Virus record (IMG/VR): IMGVR_UViG_3300023179_000011 | Coordinates: 1-64,000 of that record | From: a virus | DNA: 64,000 nt | Strand: one strand, 5' to 3' | Part shown: piece after piece, positions 9,770 to 19,107 of the stretch | Layout of the letters: the number at the start of each line of letters is the position of its first letter | Position numbering within the stretch: position 1 is the stretch's first letter | Position numbers and translations under genes: made by a program | The notes under the pieces: generated by a model | What the model saw: only the letters and a program-made list of their open reading frames with translations | Database searches by the model: none | What the model was told of the DNA's origin: nothing

Positions 9770-10084
9770 TACTAACTCCTTTTCTCAAGTTACCATCCCT
9801 GACGGATTTGGATTCAAAGTGTTTCGACGAATATAAGGCCCAGTCGTTCGGTGATACGACAATTTCCTCATAGTCTCCACTTGAAGTCTTGTCATAAAAC
9901 TGAACGATGGTCCGGGTTACATCGAGAACTTCCTGTCTGCGAACAGGCCGTCCTTTGAATCGCACAACGTTACGCAAACACGCGTTCCCCCTTACAGCTT
10001 TAAAGCTGCAGTTATTAGTGCTGCCCGCGCTCAACGATAAAACGCGGTACAATAAATATGCCAGATTATGCTGAAAAATTTAGT

Positions 10085-10537
10085 TCAGCTATCTGGGTCA
10101 GGCAACACGCCGTCGAAGACGTTTAAAGAGCCGTCGTCTTCGTCAGAAAAGAAGTCGCCAGAGTTCACGGACAATTTTGGCGACGCTGGTGTTTTAATCT
10201 CGGGCGGGGTTTCCAAATGAACCGGATCAATACCTAGATAACCAGTGTCGTCAGGCTCTAGGCTGTCTGTGGATATGTCGAAGAGCGGCATATTGCCCCA
10301 CGGCGTCAACAAATGCCTGAACGGCGGTTTAGATATGTTTAACCGCACGCCGGCAAAGCTGAACACGCTCACGTCTTTGTTGATGAGTTCTTTTAATCGC
10401 GCGGTTAATTTTTCTAACTCGTCAAACTCCTCTACTTTGAAATCACCCTCGGGGCTAAGGATGACAGCATAGTAGTGCCCCGGAGACTCAGCGCCGTCTG
10501 GGGTAATTTTCGGTTCTGTTGCTGGCGCGTCGTCCAT
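10085..10537 (-). CDS. hypothetical acidic protein
   Basis: 150 aa colinear ORF. Confidence 0.6.
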   Translation of the reverse strand: MDDAPATEPKITPDGAESPGHYYAVILSPEGDFKVEEFDELEKLTARLKELINKDVSVFSFAGVRLNISKPPFRHLLTPWGNMPLFDISTDSLEPDDTGYLGIDPVHLETPPEIKTPASPKLSVNSGDFFSDEDDGSLNVFDGVLPDPDS

Positions 10538-10538
10538 A

Positions 10539-11180
10539 TCAGTCTCTCATGTCTAGCGGATCTTTACCGTTAAACCCAGCCATCAGACCAGCCTTGTATA
10601 TGCTCGGCGGGATGAGGTGTGAGTGCGCTGTACTGACTCGGCGGGCAACAGCCGGCCCGTTGAACTGCGGTTCTACATAAACAACAAACTTGTTAGACAT
10701 AACACCCGCAACGTGCACTTCTAACGTCTGACCGGTTCGTGACGTCGGGTCAGGTATCAGAACGGTCTGCATAAACGAACTGGCAAAAACATGCGTGTGC
10801 TGATTCGAGTATGCGATACCGCCAAGAAACTCGAAGCACTCTTCTTTTCGGCGGTGGTCGATGCAGTATAGCCGCTTGTCCCAGTTAACCGCCTGCGGCC
10901 GATTGGGAGCGGGCATAACGCCGAACCCAAAAAAAAATCTTTCTTTGTCCCGCGCAAGATCGACAAAAAACGGCCGTAGATCTTTTGACTCGGCTGGAAA
11001 CCGCGCGTCGAACTCTATTACCGGGTCGCGGTCGAAGCCGCCGTGCGTAAACAACAACGCGCCGGTAAACAAAACAAGCGGGTGCTCGCGTCGGCTAAAG
11101 GCGTCTGCGCACGACAACGGCGCAATCGAGTCAGCGCCGATAACCTCGTCAATTTGAACAAACGTATCCGGCCGTTTCAT
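10539..11180 (-). CDS. hypothetical protein
   Basis: 213 aa colinear ORF. Confidence 0.65.
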   Translation of the reverse strand: MKRPDTFVQIDEVIGADSIAPLSCADAFSRREHPLVLFTGALLFTHGGFDRDPVIEFDARFPAESKDLRPFFVDLARDKERFFFGFGVMPAPNRPQAVNWDKRLYCIDHRRKEECFEFLGGIAYSNQHTHVFASSFMQTVLIPDPTSRTGQTLEVHVAGVMSNKFVVYVEPQFNGPAVARRVSTAHSHLIPPSIYKAGLMAGFNGKDPLDMRD

Positions 11181-11186
11181 TCGGCA

Positions 11187-11828
11187 TCACTGTTTTTTTG
11201 CGTTCGTTAGGCCGGCATTTGTTGTCTGAATCAAAAGCAATAAAACAAACGCCGCGTCCACCACATTGTCGATACCAGTGGATTTATATTTCGCGGAGTC
11301 AAAAGCGGCGCCGAGCGATTTATTTGCAGCAGCAATCATATCTTCTTTGCTTGACTTGCCATTTCCTGTTGCAAATTTTTTGATTGTGCTGATAGCAAAA
11401 CCACTTGATATCAAATCCGCCTCTTCGGCCCACGTCGCTACCGTAACCTTCATGCCGCCCAGCACTTCAGATGCAGTGGCAACACGAGACAGAACCGCAG
11501 GTATACCAAACTTTTTGTTAACAAAGAACTCCCGCGGAGGCGTGTATTTTACGTCCTCGTAACCAATGACATCTGGAGCGACGGTGTTCAAAAACGCGCG
11601 CAACCGCACAAAACGAGCGGCGCCGGATTCGAGCCCTTGTACCGACAAGTCCCACTGAAACAGCTGCAACTTTTCCTGCAGCATCTTCTTGCCCGGAACG
11701 AAGTCATATATGGCGACTCCGCAATTGCTACCCAAGTCAAGACCAAGGAACCTAATCGCGTCGGCCGGCTTTTTATCCAGCTTTGCCCCAAACTGCTTGG
11801 GGTCCTTGTACATCCTGTACTTAGGCAC
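11187..11828 (-). CDS. ruvC: RuvC-like Holliday junction resolvase
   Basis: FLGLDLGSNCGVA (D); IGYEDV (E); IKKFATGNGKSSKEDM; DNVVDA (D..D). Confidence 0.9.
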   Translation of the reverse strand: MPKYRMYKDPKQFGAKLDKKPADAIRFLGLDLGSNCGVAIYDFVPGKKMLQEKLQLFQWDLSVQGLESGAARFVRLRAFLNTVAPDVIGYEDVKYTPPREFFVNKKFGIPAVLSRVATASEVLGGMKVTVATWAEEADLISSGFAISTIKKFATGNGKSSKEDMIAAANKSLGAAFDSAKYKSTGIDNVVDAAFVLLLLIQTTNAGLTNAKKQ

Positions 11829-11837
11829 GCAGCTCTC

Positions 11838-12539
11838 CTATTTCGGGCCAGTGTAATCGGTTTGTGTATTCGACCAATTAACGAAGCGCCGCCATAACGA
11901 CGGGCGCTTTTTTTCACTCTCGGCGAGCGCTTGTTTACACTCGCTGAGTTTTTCGTTAGCGGTCTGCAACTCCTTATACACCACATTCAGCCGAGTCTGC
12001 AATACGTCGTTCATCATTTTCAGGTGCTCAGCCATGAAATTGACGTTATAGGTTGGCGTGCCGTTACGAGAAGCAAACTCAACGACAGTGGCAGCGAAGC
12101 GCGCCATACCAGCGGCGGCCGGAGATTCTTCACCAATCACGGATACTTCACGCACGCCTTTAAACCACGCCGCACAGAACACCTCACCAATAGACGCAAA
12201 CAGCGCTAGCCGCACTGGATATCTAAACGCAAAAAAATCACGACGATTCAGCGCTTGCTCAAACGTGCGCACCGGGTCGGCGCCGTTGACGAAATCGCGC
12301 TGCGCGGCGGCGAGCGCTTCTGCGATTTTGACAATCTCATCCTGCGAGATGTTGTTTTCTTCGTACCACTTTAGCGCGTCATCTGTGCGGGCGGCCGGAT
12401 CAAGATTTTCAATGGCGCGCACCATCAACGTGGGTGTTATGTACGCGTAGTCGCGCTCGGGGTTATACAGGGGCCCGCTGTCACCTTTTTGCCTGTAGCC
12501 AATGCTGCTCATAAAATCCTTTCTATGACGCGGATTCAA
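11838..12539 (-). CDS. hypothetical protein with C-terminal coiled coil
   Basis: 233 aa colinear ORF; heptad-like LNVVYKELQTANEKLSECKQALAE. Confidence 0.65.
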   Translation of the reverse strand: MNPRHRKDFMSSIGYRQKGDSGPLYNPERDYAYITPTLMVRAIENLDPAARTDDALKWYEENNISQDEIVKIAEALAAAQRDFVNGADPVRTFEQALNRRDFFAFRYPVRLALFASIGEVFCAAWFKGVREVSVIGEESPAAAGMARFAATVVEFASRNGTPTYNVNFMAEHLKMMNDVLQTRLNVVYKELQTANEKLSECKQALAESEKKRPSLWRRFVNWSNTQTDYTGPK

Positions 12540-13374
12540 CTTGTCGCGAAGCGGTGTTCCGACAACGGACGCACATTACGCCGGAGTCTCTAGGATCAAA
12601 AAACGCGTCCGTTTGACAGGCCGGGCAGAACCTAGTGACATACGTACGCTGATGCGTAGCAAACATACACTGGTCTGCACCTAACCAGCAATGAACGCAA
12701 GAATGTTCGTACCCTTCTGGACACGGGCGTGCGCGGGTACGGACCTCGATAAGCCCGCGATTGTCACGAAGCATACTGCTACTGACGCTGACTTTGGAAA
12801 ACACGGGCTGCTCGCGACTTCGTTCAGCTTCGACATGCGCGAAAAACAACAAGTTTAAAAAGTGCATAGCCGTCGTGTACGGGTAAGCACCCCACGGGGC
12901 TGAAAAACCGAGTGTCTGCGAGATAGCCCGGCAACTGTTTTGAGAGAAGAACGGCGTAATTAACATAGCCGTAGGCGTACCGCCGACGGCGCGACATTCA
13001 AGAATATACCCCGACGTTGTTTTACGCTTGTAAGGCCGCACACCCTCAACACACACCGGAACGAGTTCGTCTTCGAGCTGGCGCGTCCACGGCAAAACAG
13101 GCAACCCGGCTTTAAGCGTCTCAATATTGCCGGCTAGCCGCCAAGCCAACCCGTAAGCGGCCTGCCGCGAGAGCCGCGTGCCGGCGAGCGCACGAATAGA
13201 ATCAAACACGGCTGGCTGAGATACCGATGCCGGTAGCTCCGCCAGAACGTCGCGACAAATGTCACGCAGCGTCTCTCCGGCCACATTAGCGTCTATGTAT
13301 GGCCGAAGAGCCCGCTCTGCAAGTTTATCGCGACACTGCCGTAATCGCGCATAACTAAACGGAGGGCGTTTCAT
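12523..13374 (-). CDS. hypothetical Zn-binding protein
   Basis: C-terminal CxxxxxxxCxxC and CxxC...CxxC clusters. Confidence 0.65.
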   Translation of the reverse strand: MKRPPFSYARLRQCRDKLAERALRPYIDANVAGETLRDICRDVLAELPASVSQPAVFDSIRALAGTRLSRQAAYGLAWRLAGNIETLKAGLPVLPWTRQLEDELVPVCVEGVRPYKRKTTSGYILECRAVGGTPTAMLITPFFSQNSCRAISQTLGFSAPWGAYPYTTAMHFLNLLFFAHVEAERSREQPVFSKVSVSSSMLRDNRGLIEVRTRARPCPEGYEHSCVHCWLGADQCMFATHQRTYVTRFCPACQTDAFFDPRDSGVMCVRCRNTASRQVESAS

Positions 13375-14038
13375 CAGATCCGCCCAGAGTTATAGGGCCG
13401 GCGGGAACAGTGGCAGCGGCGGTGTCAACCGTCGTGATATCACCTGTCCCGGCACGAACAACAACCTTCCGATCGGGGTTGTTGGCTTCCCACTGCTGGC
13501 GCGCTTTGGTGCAGGTTTCTTCTGCGCTAGTAGCTGTCTCTTTTACAGCCAACGCTTCCTGCTCTAGTGCCAAAATAATCGTACCCAGTTCGCTCGACAG
13601 CAAATTAGAAATGTCGCCGACGCAGACAACATTTTTAATGTGAGCTACGACCGGCTCTGCTTCTTTGCCATCTTTAACTGGGCGGAACGTGATCGCGATG
13701 TCCTCGATTTTGATTGTCTCGGGGATCGGGTCACTCAGCGTTTTGCCGTGTAGTTCAGCGCCAATCTGCCGCAGCGCATTGAACCGCGCATACATTTCTT
13801 CCATGCGTGCGGCAGCGTCCTTAATAAGCGCCGACGGATTTACACGTACTGTTTGCGGCTGTTGATTTGCCGCTGCCTGCAACGCTTTCGCAAGAGACGT
13901 TGCGTCCATCTTGATCGGCACGGTGACGTTTGTGGTACCACCCGTACCAGCCGCCGGCCTGTTGTCTGTCTTAACCGCATCGACAATCGTCGTCTTCGTC
14001 ATTGTTTCGTCCTTAAAAAGTTTTGACCGCGAAACCAA
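13355..14038 (-). CDS. hypothetical protein
   Basis: Colinear ORF; the true start is probably the downstream MTKTT. Confidence 0.6.
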   Translation of the reverse strand: MVSRSKLFKDETMTKTTIVDAVKTDNRPAAGTGGTTNVTVPIKMDATSLAKALQAAANQQPQTVRVNPSALIKDAAARMEEMYARFNALRQIGAELHGKTLSDPIPETIKIEDIAITFRPVKDGKEAEPVVAHIKNVVCVGDISNLLSSELGTIILALEQEALAVKETATSAEETCTKARQQWEANNPDRKVVVRAGTGDITTVDTAAATVPAGPITLGGSDETPSV

Positions 14039-14417
14039 ACCAATAACGTAACCCGCTGTTCAAACCGGTATCGGGATCATACAGCAGCTCAACCGGATTA
14101 CCAGTCGCCACATAAAAATGATTGACCGGTTTGGGGAGATAAGCTGCGCAAGATAGCCCGAGTTGCAGCAGAAATGCCATCGCAAGATCTGCTGCCGGAT
14201 TCAAATCGTACGAAAAAAGCGGAATACGTAAATACTCGTCGTGCTCCGAAAACGCCCAAACGGGCTGCTCGCCGGGGTTATAGGCGGCGTACAAAATATG
14301 CCACTTTGAGCCGCCCACCTCGTCTATCGGCTTTATAAGCGCCGGCTCAAACGGAACGCCCTCGGGCCAGCGCTCTCTTGTTTTTTTCATATCTAAACGC
14401 GCGACTGAGACTTTCAT
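14013..14417 (-). CDS. hypothetical protein
   Basis: 134 aa ORF; its ATG overlaps the upstream TGA. Confidence 0.6.
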   Translation of the reverse strand: MKVSVARLDMKKTRERWPEGVPFEPALIKPIDEVGGSKWHILYAAYNPGEQPVWAFSEHDEYLRIPLFSYDLNPAADLAMAFLLQLGLSCAAYLPKPVNHFYVATGNPVELLYDPDTGLNSGLRYWFGFAVKTF

Positions 14418-15112
14418 GCTGTCATCGTCCTTGGGGCTGCTGTCTCGACGCCGGAGTCATTGACGTTAATTTTTACGCCCTCTCGAAAATGGCAGAACCT
14501 GATGTCTTGGTGTTTAAAGGCAGCACCAAGCACGCGTTCACCATATTTCTGCTGAAAGCCAGCCGGCGGAAAATTGAATTGATACAGCAGCTCTGTTTTG
14601 ATTGCCCACCAGCCGCCGATCACGTACGGCAAGTATGTTTTTTCATACTCCGGGTTAAACCACGGCTGCTGTTCAATCCACCGCAGCTGCTCATCTGGCA
14701 ACTTGGCGCGCTCTACTGACCCAACAAGATTGCACCCGTTTACATGCGTTATTACCCGATCAAGCCAGTTGTGCGCGCCGTCAGTCGGCTCAAGATACGA
14801 ATCGTGATCAAACCACATCGTAATTGGCTCACGAACAGCTGGCTCATACAACATGCGCCGCATCATCGGATACTTCATCAAGTTCTCGGCGCTGTGAAAA
14901 ATTGTGGCCGAGTGAAAATAGTCGGCAATCTGTTGAACTAGAAATTGAGTCGTGTCTGGCCCCACGGCGTTGCAACCAAAACGAAAAGAAACGTTTCGAG
15001 CGGCTAACTCGCGCATAGGTTCGTTAAGAACGCGCTGAGCGAGTTTAAAGTGTTTGTCTTCTGCGCCGTAAAACAAAACGCAGACACAAACAGATGCGGC
15101 TCCATCCGCCAT
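14414..15112 (-). CDS. GT-A (GT2-like) glycosyltransferase
   Basis: VCVCVLFY first strand; FGCNA; KYPMMRRM; MWFDHDS (DxD); GGWWAIKTELL; GERVLG. Confidence 0.65.
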   Translation of the reverse strand: MADGAASVCVCVLFYGAEDKHFKLAQRVLNEPMRELAARNVSFRFGCNAVGPDTTQFLVQQIADYFHSATIFHSAENLMKYPMMRRMLYEPAVREPITMWFDHDSYLEPTDGAHNWLDRVITHVNGCNLVGSVERAKLPDEQLRWIEQQPWFNPEYEKTYLPYVIGGWWAIKTELLYQFNFPPAGFQQKYGERVLGAAFKHQDIRFCHFREGVKINVNDSGVETAAPRTMTA

Positions 15113-15136
15113 ACACGACTCCGTTCAACTAGTTAA

Positions 15137-15685
15137 CTACAACCTCACCGGCGTTAAAGCCGCTTTTGCCACGGCCACCGGCATGACAACCGGCGGTACG
15201 CGCGAACGACCAAGTAGCTTCAGCGCCCGCATCACATTGTGCTGCGAAGGCGGTAAATCCTTCTTGGCGTCTTTGACCATCTTATCGACCAGTTCAAGAA
15301 ACGTCGTGCGTTCTTTCACAGACGAAAAATTAAACCGGACAGAAAACTGAGTTACTGTCTTACCTGCATGCTCGTCAGCGACGTCGCAGCGATCCCACGC
15401 AGACTTATCATCGCCGCGGGTGTATACGCAGGCAATACGACCAAGAAAGTCATAGACTACGATAACAGCCGACTTGTCAACATCACCAACTAACGAAAAG
15501 GCGTGAGGAAACTGAGTCGCCGGGATAAACGGCAATTTCGCGACAACATTCTCGTCAAGTTCGAGACGCTGTAGCTGCAACGGAAATGTGCGATGTCCGT
15601 GCGCATCGTCTTTGATAAAGAATTCAGCCTCCAGCGCGCCAACGCCGGGCTCAATCACAACTGGAACATTACGTACAGAAAACAT
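15137..15685 (-). CDS. hypothetical protein
   Basis: 182 aa ORF; AGGAGG RBS. Confidence 0.65.
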   Translation of the reverse strand: MFSVRNVPVVIEPGVGALEAEFFIKDDAHGHRTFPLQLQRLELDENVVAKLPFIPATQFPHAFSLVGDVDKSAVIVVYDFLGRIACVYTRGDDKSAWDRCDVADEHAGKTVTQFSVRFNFSSVKERTTFLELVDKMVKDAKKDLPPSQHNVMRALKLLGRSRVPPVVMPVAVAKAALTPVRL

Positions 15686-15693
15686 AAAACCTC

Positions 15694-16581
15694 CTAACGC
15701 GTCATATCAGACCGGCGACGCGGCGAAGCTTCATGCTCTTCCGTATCGTCTTCACTCTCTTCCCGCTTGTTCAGCTCTTCCTGAACCTTTGCACACATCG
15801 CGCGGTGATCCGCAACAATGTCAGACATCTTCTCAAAGTTTTCGATGATCTCGGCAAAATAGCCTTGAACAGTTGCATCGAACTTTGACGGCGCAGCATT
15901 CACGATGTCGTCGTAAATGTTGTCGCGCTTTTCGCTAAGCCATAGCGAATCAGAACGAGAAATCCATCGGCGCTGGTGCTGCAGCAAATCATGTAGCTGC
16001 TGCTTGAGCCCCTTTGGCGACTGATGCATGCGGCCGCTGCTCTTCTGTTTGCCCCGCATTTCCTGAAGCTCAGTCGCCAGCGTACGTGCTGTGTAAGCCT
16101 CCTCCGCGCACTTCTCCTCGACCGCAGCGCGCTGCTGATCGTCGGGAATCTGCGTGAGCAGCTGTACGTGCGATGTCGTCAGCCGCCACCGCGGGCGATC
16201 AGGACAACGCAAGCTGAGCAGGCGGATAATTTCCGCCTCGCTCGGATACTTCTCAAAGAAGTTCACGGCACCACGCATCTGCTCGACGGTATAAACCGGC
16301 GCAAAAATCGACATGAGCAGTGACGCCCCGTCGATGTGCTGCGCCTGCTGTTCCGCCGTCAGATAACGCTCTGGATCTCCTTTTACCTCCGAAATAAGCT
16401 TGCCAATCCGCCAGTAAGCGCGCAGGCTAGCTTCCTGCGCGTCACTGAACAAACCGTCGATTTCGGACACGACGTCCTGCAACTCAGGCGTCAAATTCTC
16501 CGTAGCTACTAAGAGCGGCGAGTTACGTGACTCGACCATATCAGCCTGAATCATCGCTGCCGCCTTAGACTTCCTACCCAT
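15694..16581 (-). CDS. DUF1016 (YhcG) N-terminal-like DNA-binding protein
   Basis: AYWRIGKLISE; YTVEQMRGAVNFFEKYP; LTTSHVQLL...DDQQR...YTARTL. Confidence 0.55.
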   Translation of the reverse strand: MGRKSKAAAMIQADMVESRNSPLLVATENLTPELQDVVSEIDGLFSDAQEASLRAYWRIGKLISEVKGDPERYLTAEQQAQHIDGASLLMSIFAPVYTVEQMRGAVNFFEKYPSEAEIIRLLSLRCPDRPRWRLTTSHVQLLTQIPDDQQRAAVEEKCAEEAYTARTLATELQEMRGKQKSSGRMHQSPKGLKQQLHDLLQHQRRWISRSDSLWLSEKRDNIYDDIVNAAPSKFDATVQGYFAEIIENFEKMSDIVADHRAMCAKVQEELNKREESEDDTEEHEASPRRRSDMTR

Positions 16582-16608
16582 TGAATCTCTCCCTATAAGT
16601 GAGGTTAA

Positions 16609-17763
16609 CTATTTTCGCTTTCTGCCTTTTGGGGCAGGAAGCAGCAATTCAAGCGCGGTGGTTTGCAGTAAATCACGCAGGGTGTGGTAATGCCCGCGTG
16701 AACACCGCAACATAGCACAAAACAAGTCGTAGGCAGTGCGCTGCTTAAGCACTTCTTTTGTGTAAACGTCAATGGCATCACGCGGCTCGATGTCCGCGCC
16801 GACCATTGCCGTATTTCGAATAATTTGCTTGGCGTCTTCTCGTGTGATCTTGAACTTCATCAAGTACGAGACCCATTTGTCGTTCGCCGCGTCCGTCGTG
16901 TTTTTGTCCGGCGAAAATTCCATCGACAGCCGCATAAGCGCCGTTACGCGAGCAGCAACGGCGTTCATATCAATACTGCGCTCAGCGACGTTGCCGGCCA
17001 TGATCGCCGTGCGGCCGACCAGATCTGCACCTGTATGATTAAGCCGGCCGCCTTTGCCCGCAGGCGAAAGCGCGGCGCCAAACTTTGTATACAGGCACGT
17101 CGACGCGCGAATGGCGTTTCCGGTGTCTTCACGATTTGAGAAATACCAGCCCGCCGCGAACGTGTGGCGCGGATCAGTATAGATATCTGTACGCCGCGAT
17201 TTAGGGTCTATGAAATATAGCCGGAGTTCTCGCCCCAGCAGCTCGGCCCGAAAAAACTCAGCCTGCGGTTGTTTGTCGTACAGTTCGTTGCTGACGGTTT
17301 CCATAAAAACGCTGTTATCCAGCATGCGGTGATCGAGGCCAAGAAAGCCCTCGACTGACCGTTCTCGATGGTTTACAAGCAGAGTGCGTTCGCGCAGTGC
17401 ATCAAACCTAACACGAAGCGTCGTGTTGTAAATACTGACCGCCGCCGCGATATCTGTCCCGCGTGTGGTCGTCCGCACCTGCCTGACGTTTTCGCCGGAC
17501 AACTCGTTAAACAACTGCGCCAGACCCACAGACAGTACCGAAGCCAACGCCCGAAAACCGATGGCGTTAAACCGGTAACCGTTTTCTACGATGCTCCCGT
17601 CGGGCCCCATAATTAACTGGGACTCCTCGACAACAGGGACCGACTCCGTACTCGCGGAGCGCATCTCAAGAAACTTTCGGCACTCTTCTAGCTGGTTTGC
17701 CGCGAACGAGAACGCCGGCACGGGCGCAAATACACTGCGCACAGTTGTAGTTGCCGACGACAT
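16609..17763 (-). CDS. DUF932-like protein
   Basis: GFLGLDHRMLDNSVF; ELRLYFIDP; AGWYFSNREDTG resemble the DUF932 layout. Confidence 0.4.
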   Translation of the reverse strand: MSSATTTVRSVFAPVPAFSFAANQLEECRKFLEMRSASTESVPVVEESQLIMGPDGSIVENGYRFNAIGFRALASVLSVGLAQLFNELSGENVRQVRTTTRGTDIAAAVSIYNTTLRVRFDALRERTLLVNHRERSVEGFLGLDHRMLDNSVFMETVSNELYDKQPQAEFFRAELLGRELRLYFIDPKSRRTDIYTDPRHTFAAGWYFSNREDTGNAIRASTCLYTKFGAALSPAGKGGRLNHTGADLVGRTAIMAGNVAERSIDMNAVAARVTALMRLSMEFSPDKNTTDAANDKWVSYLMKFKITREDAKQIIRNTAMVGADIEPRDAIDVYTKEVLKQRTAYDLFCAMLRCSRGHYHTLRDLLQTTALELLLPAPKGRKRK

Positions 17764-17781
17764 CCGGGCCTCCGTGCCGAA

Positions 17782-18378
17782 CTAATCGTAATACCAGTCT
17801 GAGCCTATAGCATTAAAAAGCGTCGCGGTGTGTTCAACTGTAAACATATTCTTGACAGTTGGCGGAAAACTGCAGATCCACTGGACTCGGGGGATGCCGG
17901 TATCGTCCGTTATGTGGTTGTGGGCGCACAACATAGTCCGCACCACTGGAAAACACATGATGAACCGGCGCTCTGTGTTTACTTCCATTTTGTGCAGGTT
18001 TTTGGCCACCGCGGCGAGTAATCTGTTTTTACCGTCTTTCGGCAGTTTGAACAGATCGACCAGCGTCAGCTCGTGAAGCCGCGGTATACGTCGCCCGCAC
18101 AATACGCCGGGGAAGCGGTGAAACTCAGAGTTAAACCAGCTAAAGTTCAACTTGTTGTGTCCAGTCATATCGCGACACTCGTTTGCCATCTTACCCCAGC
18201 CAGATATCTTAATCCCGCACTCTTTGAACACTCGCTTGATAATGCGCTCTTCAAAAGCAAGTTGACGCTGAAACCGAATAGCCTCAGCGCCCTGACTGTC
18301 CTGATTGAACAGCTCGTTAAAAAAGTTGTCGCGCGGGTCAGACATCGTCGGCAACTCGGCGATGCGCGATAGCGTCAA
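17782..18378 (-). CDS. hypothetical protein
   Basis: 198 aa colinear ORF. Confidence 0.6.
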   Translation of the reverse strand: MTLSRIAELPTMSDPRDNFFNELFNQDSQGAEAIRFQRQLAFEERIIKRVFKECGIKISGWGKMANECRDMTGHNKLNFSWFNSEFHRFPGVLCGRRIPRLHELTLVDLFKLPKDGKNRLLAAVAKNLHKMEVNTERRFIMCFPVVRTMLCAHNHITDDTGIPRVQWICSFPPTVKNMFTVEHTATLFNAIGSDWYYD

Positions 18379-18565
18379 TAGCCGCGTGCAAACTGGAGAG
18401 AGGCGCTAGCGGCATCCACAAATGTAGAGCCGTGTTAGTCGCCAACTCGCCGCCAGTCACAACAAATTGATCGCCGCTACTTGGATCGGCTGCGAGCACC
18501 CTTTCGTCGCGGCCGGGTAGCCTTTCGTTTACGTGCGTCCACCTTCCGAACTTTGGTTCCTTCAT
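18338..18565 (-). CDS. DUF551-like protein
   Basis: WTHVNERLP...VLAA...LWMPLAPL pattern. Confidence 0.5.
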   Translation of the reverse strand: MKEPKFGRWTHVNERLPGRDERVLAADPSSGDQFVVTGGELATNTALHLWMPLAPLSSLHAAIDAIAHRRVADDV

Positions 18566-18770
18566 ATAGCACCTTATCTACGTTTTGAAGCAATTCTTCG
18601 GCGTCTATGATCTTATCGCACGCCGACTCACCCGCTGGTACGCACTGGTGTGTTTCCAGTACGTCCCGCACCACCCAAGCCAGCCAGTCAACTTCTTCTC
18701 GCGTAAACGAGATAGTGATGCTAGATGGCGCGAGGATGTGTTCAATTACTTTCTTCGTCTTCTTCTTCAT
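18477..18770 (-). CDS. hypothetical protein
   Basis: 97 aa colinear ORF. Confidence 0.5.
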   Translation of the reverse strand: MKKKTKKVIEHILAPSSITISFTREEVDWLAWVVRDVLETHQCVPAGESACDKIIDAEELLQNVDKVLYEGTKVRKVDARKRKATRPRRKGARSRSK

Positions 18771-19107
18771 ATTTGTCCGCGTTGTGTTCTTCGTCGTACT
18801 CGTCTACGGCTTCCATGAACTCGTCAAAGCTCATGCCGGGCGTGTTTACGCACTCCATAAACTGATAAACAAACTTGCGCTCACCCGTCTCGTCGTCAAC
18901 GCGCTCCACGAGCCGATAGTGCATCATGTCGCCGGTTTCGTGGTCGTAGCCGCTAATGATGGTGTCGGCTTCTGGAATAGGTACCGGCAACTTAGAGCCG
19001 TCTACGGGGCCGCCAAAACACTCGGCCAATTGAAACAGTCCTTTTTGCATGCCCGTCAGTTCATGCTCAAAGGGCGTATAATCATCGTCTTCGTTGTCAT
19101 CGTCCAT
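18742..19107 (-). CDS. acidic hypothetical protein
   Basis: 121 aa D/E-rich ORF abutting recA. Confidence 0.6.
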   Translation of the reverse strand: MDDDNEDDDYTPFEHELTGMQKGLFQLAECFGGPVDGSKLPVPIPEADTIISGYDHETGDMMHYRLVERVDDETGERKFVYQFMECVNTPGMSFDEFMEAVDEYDEEHNADKYEEEDEESN

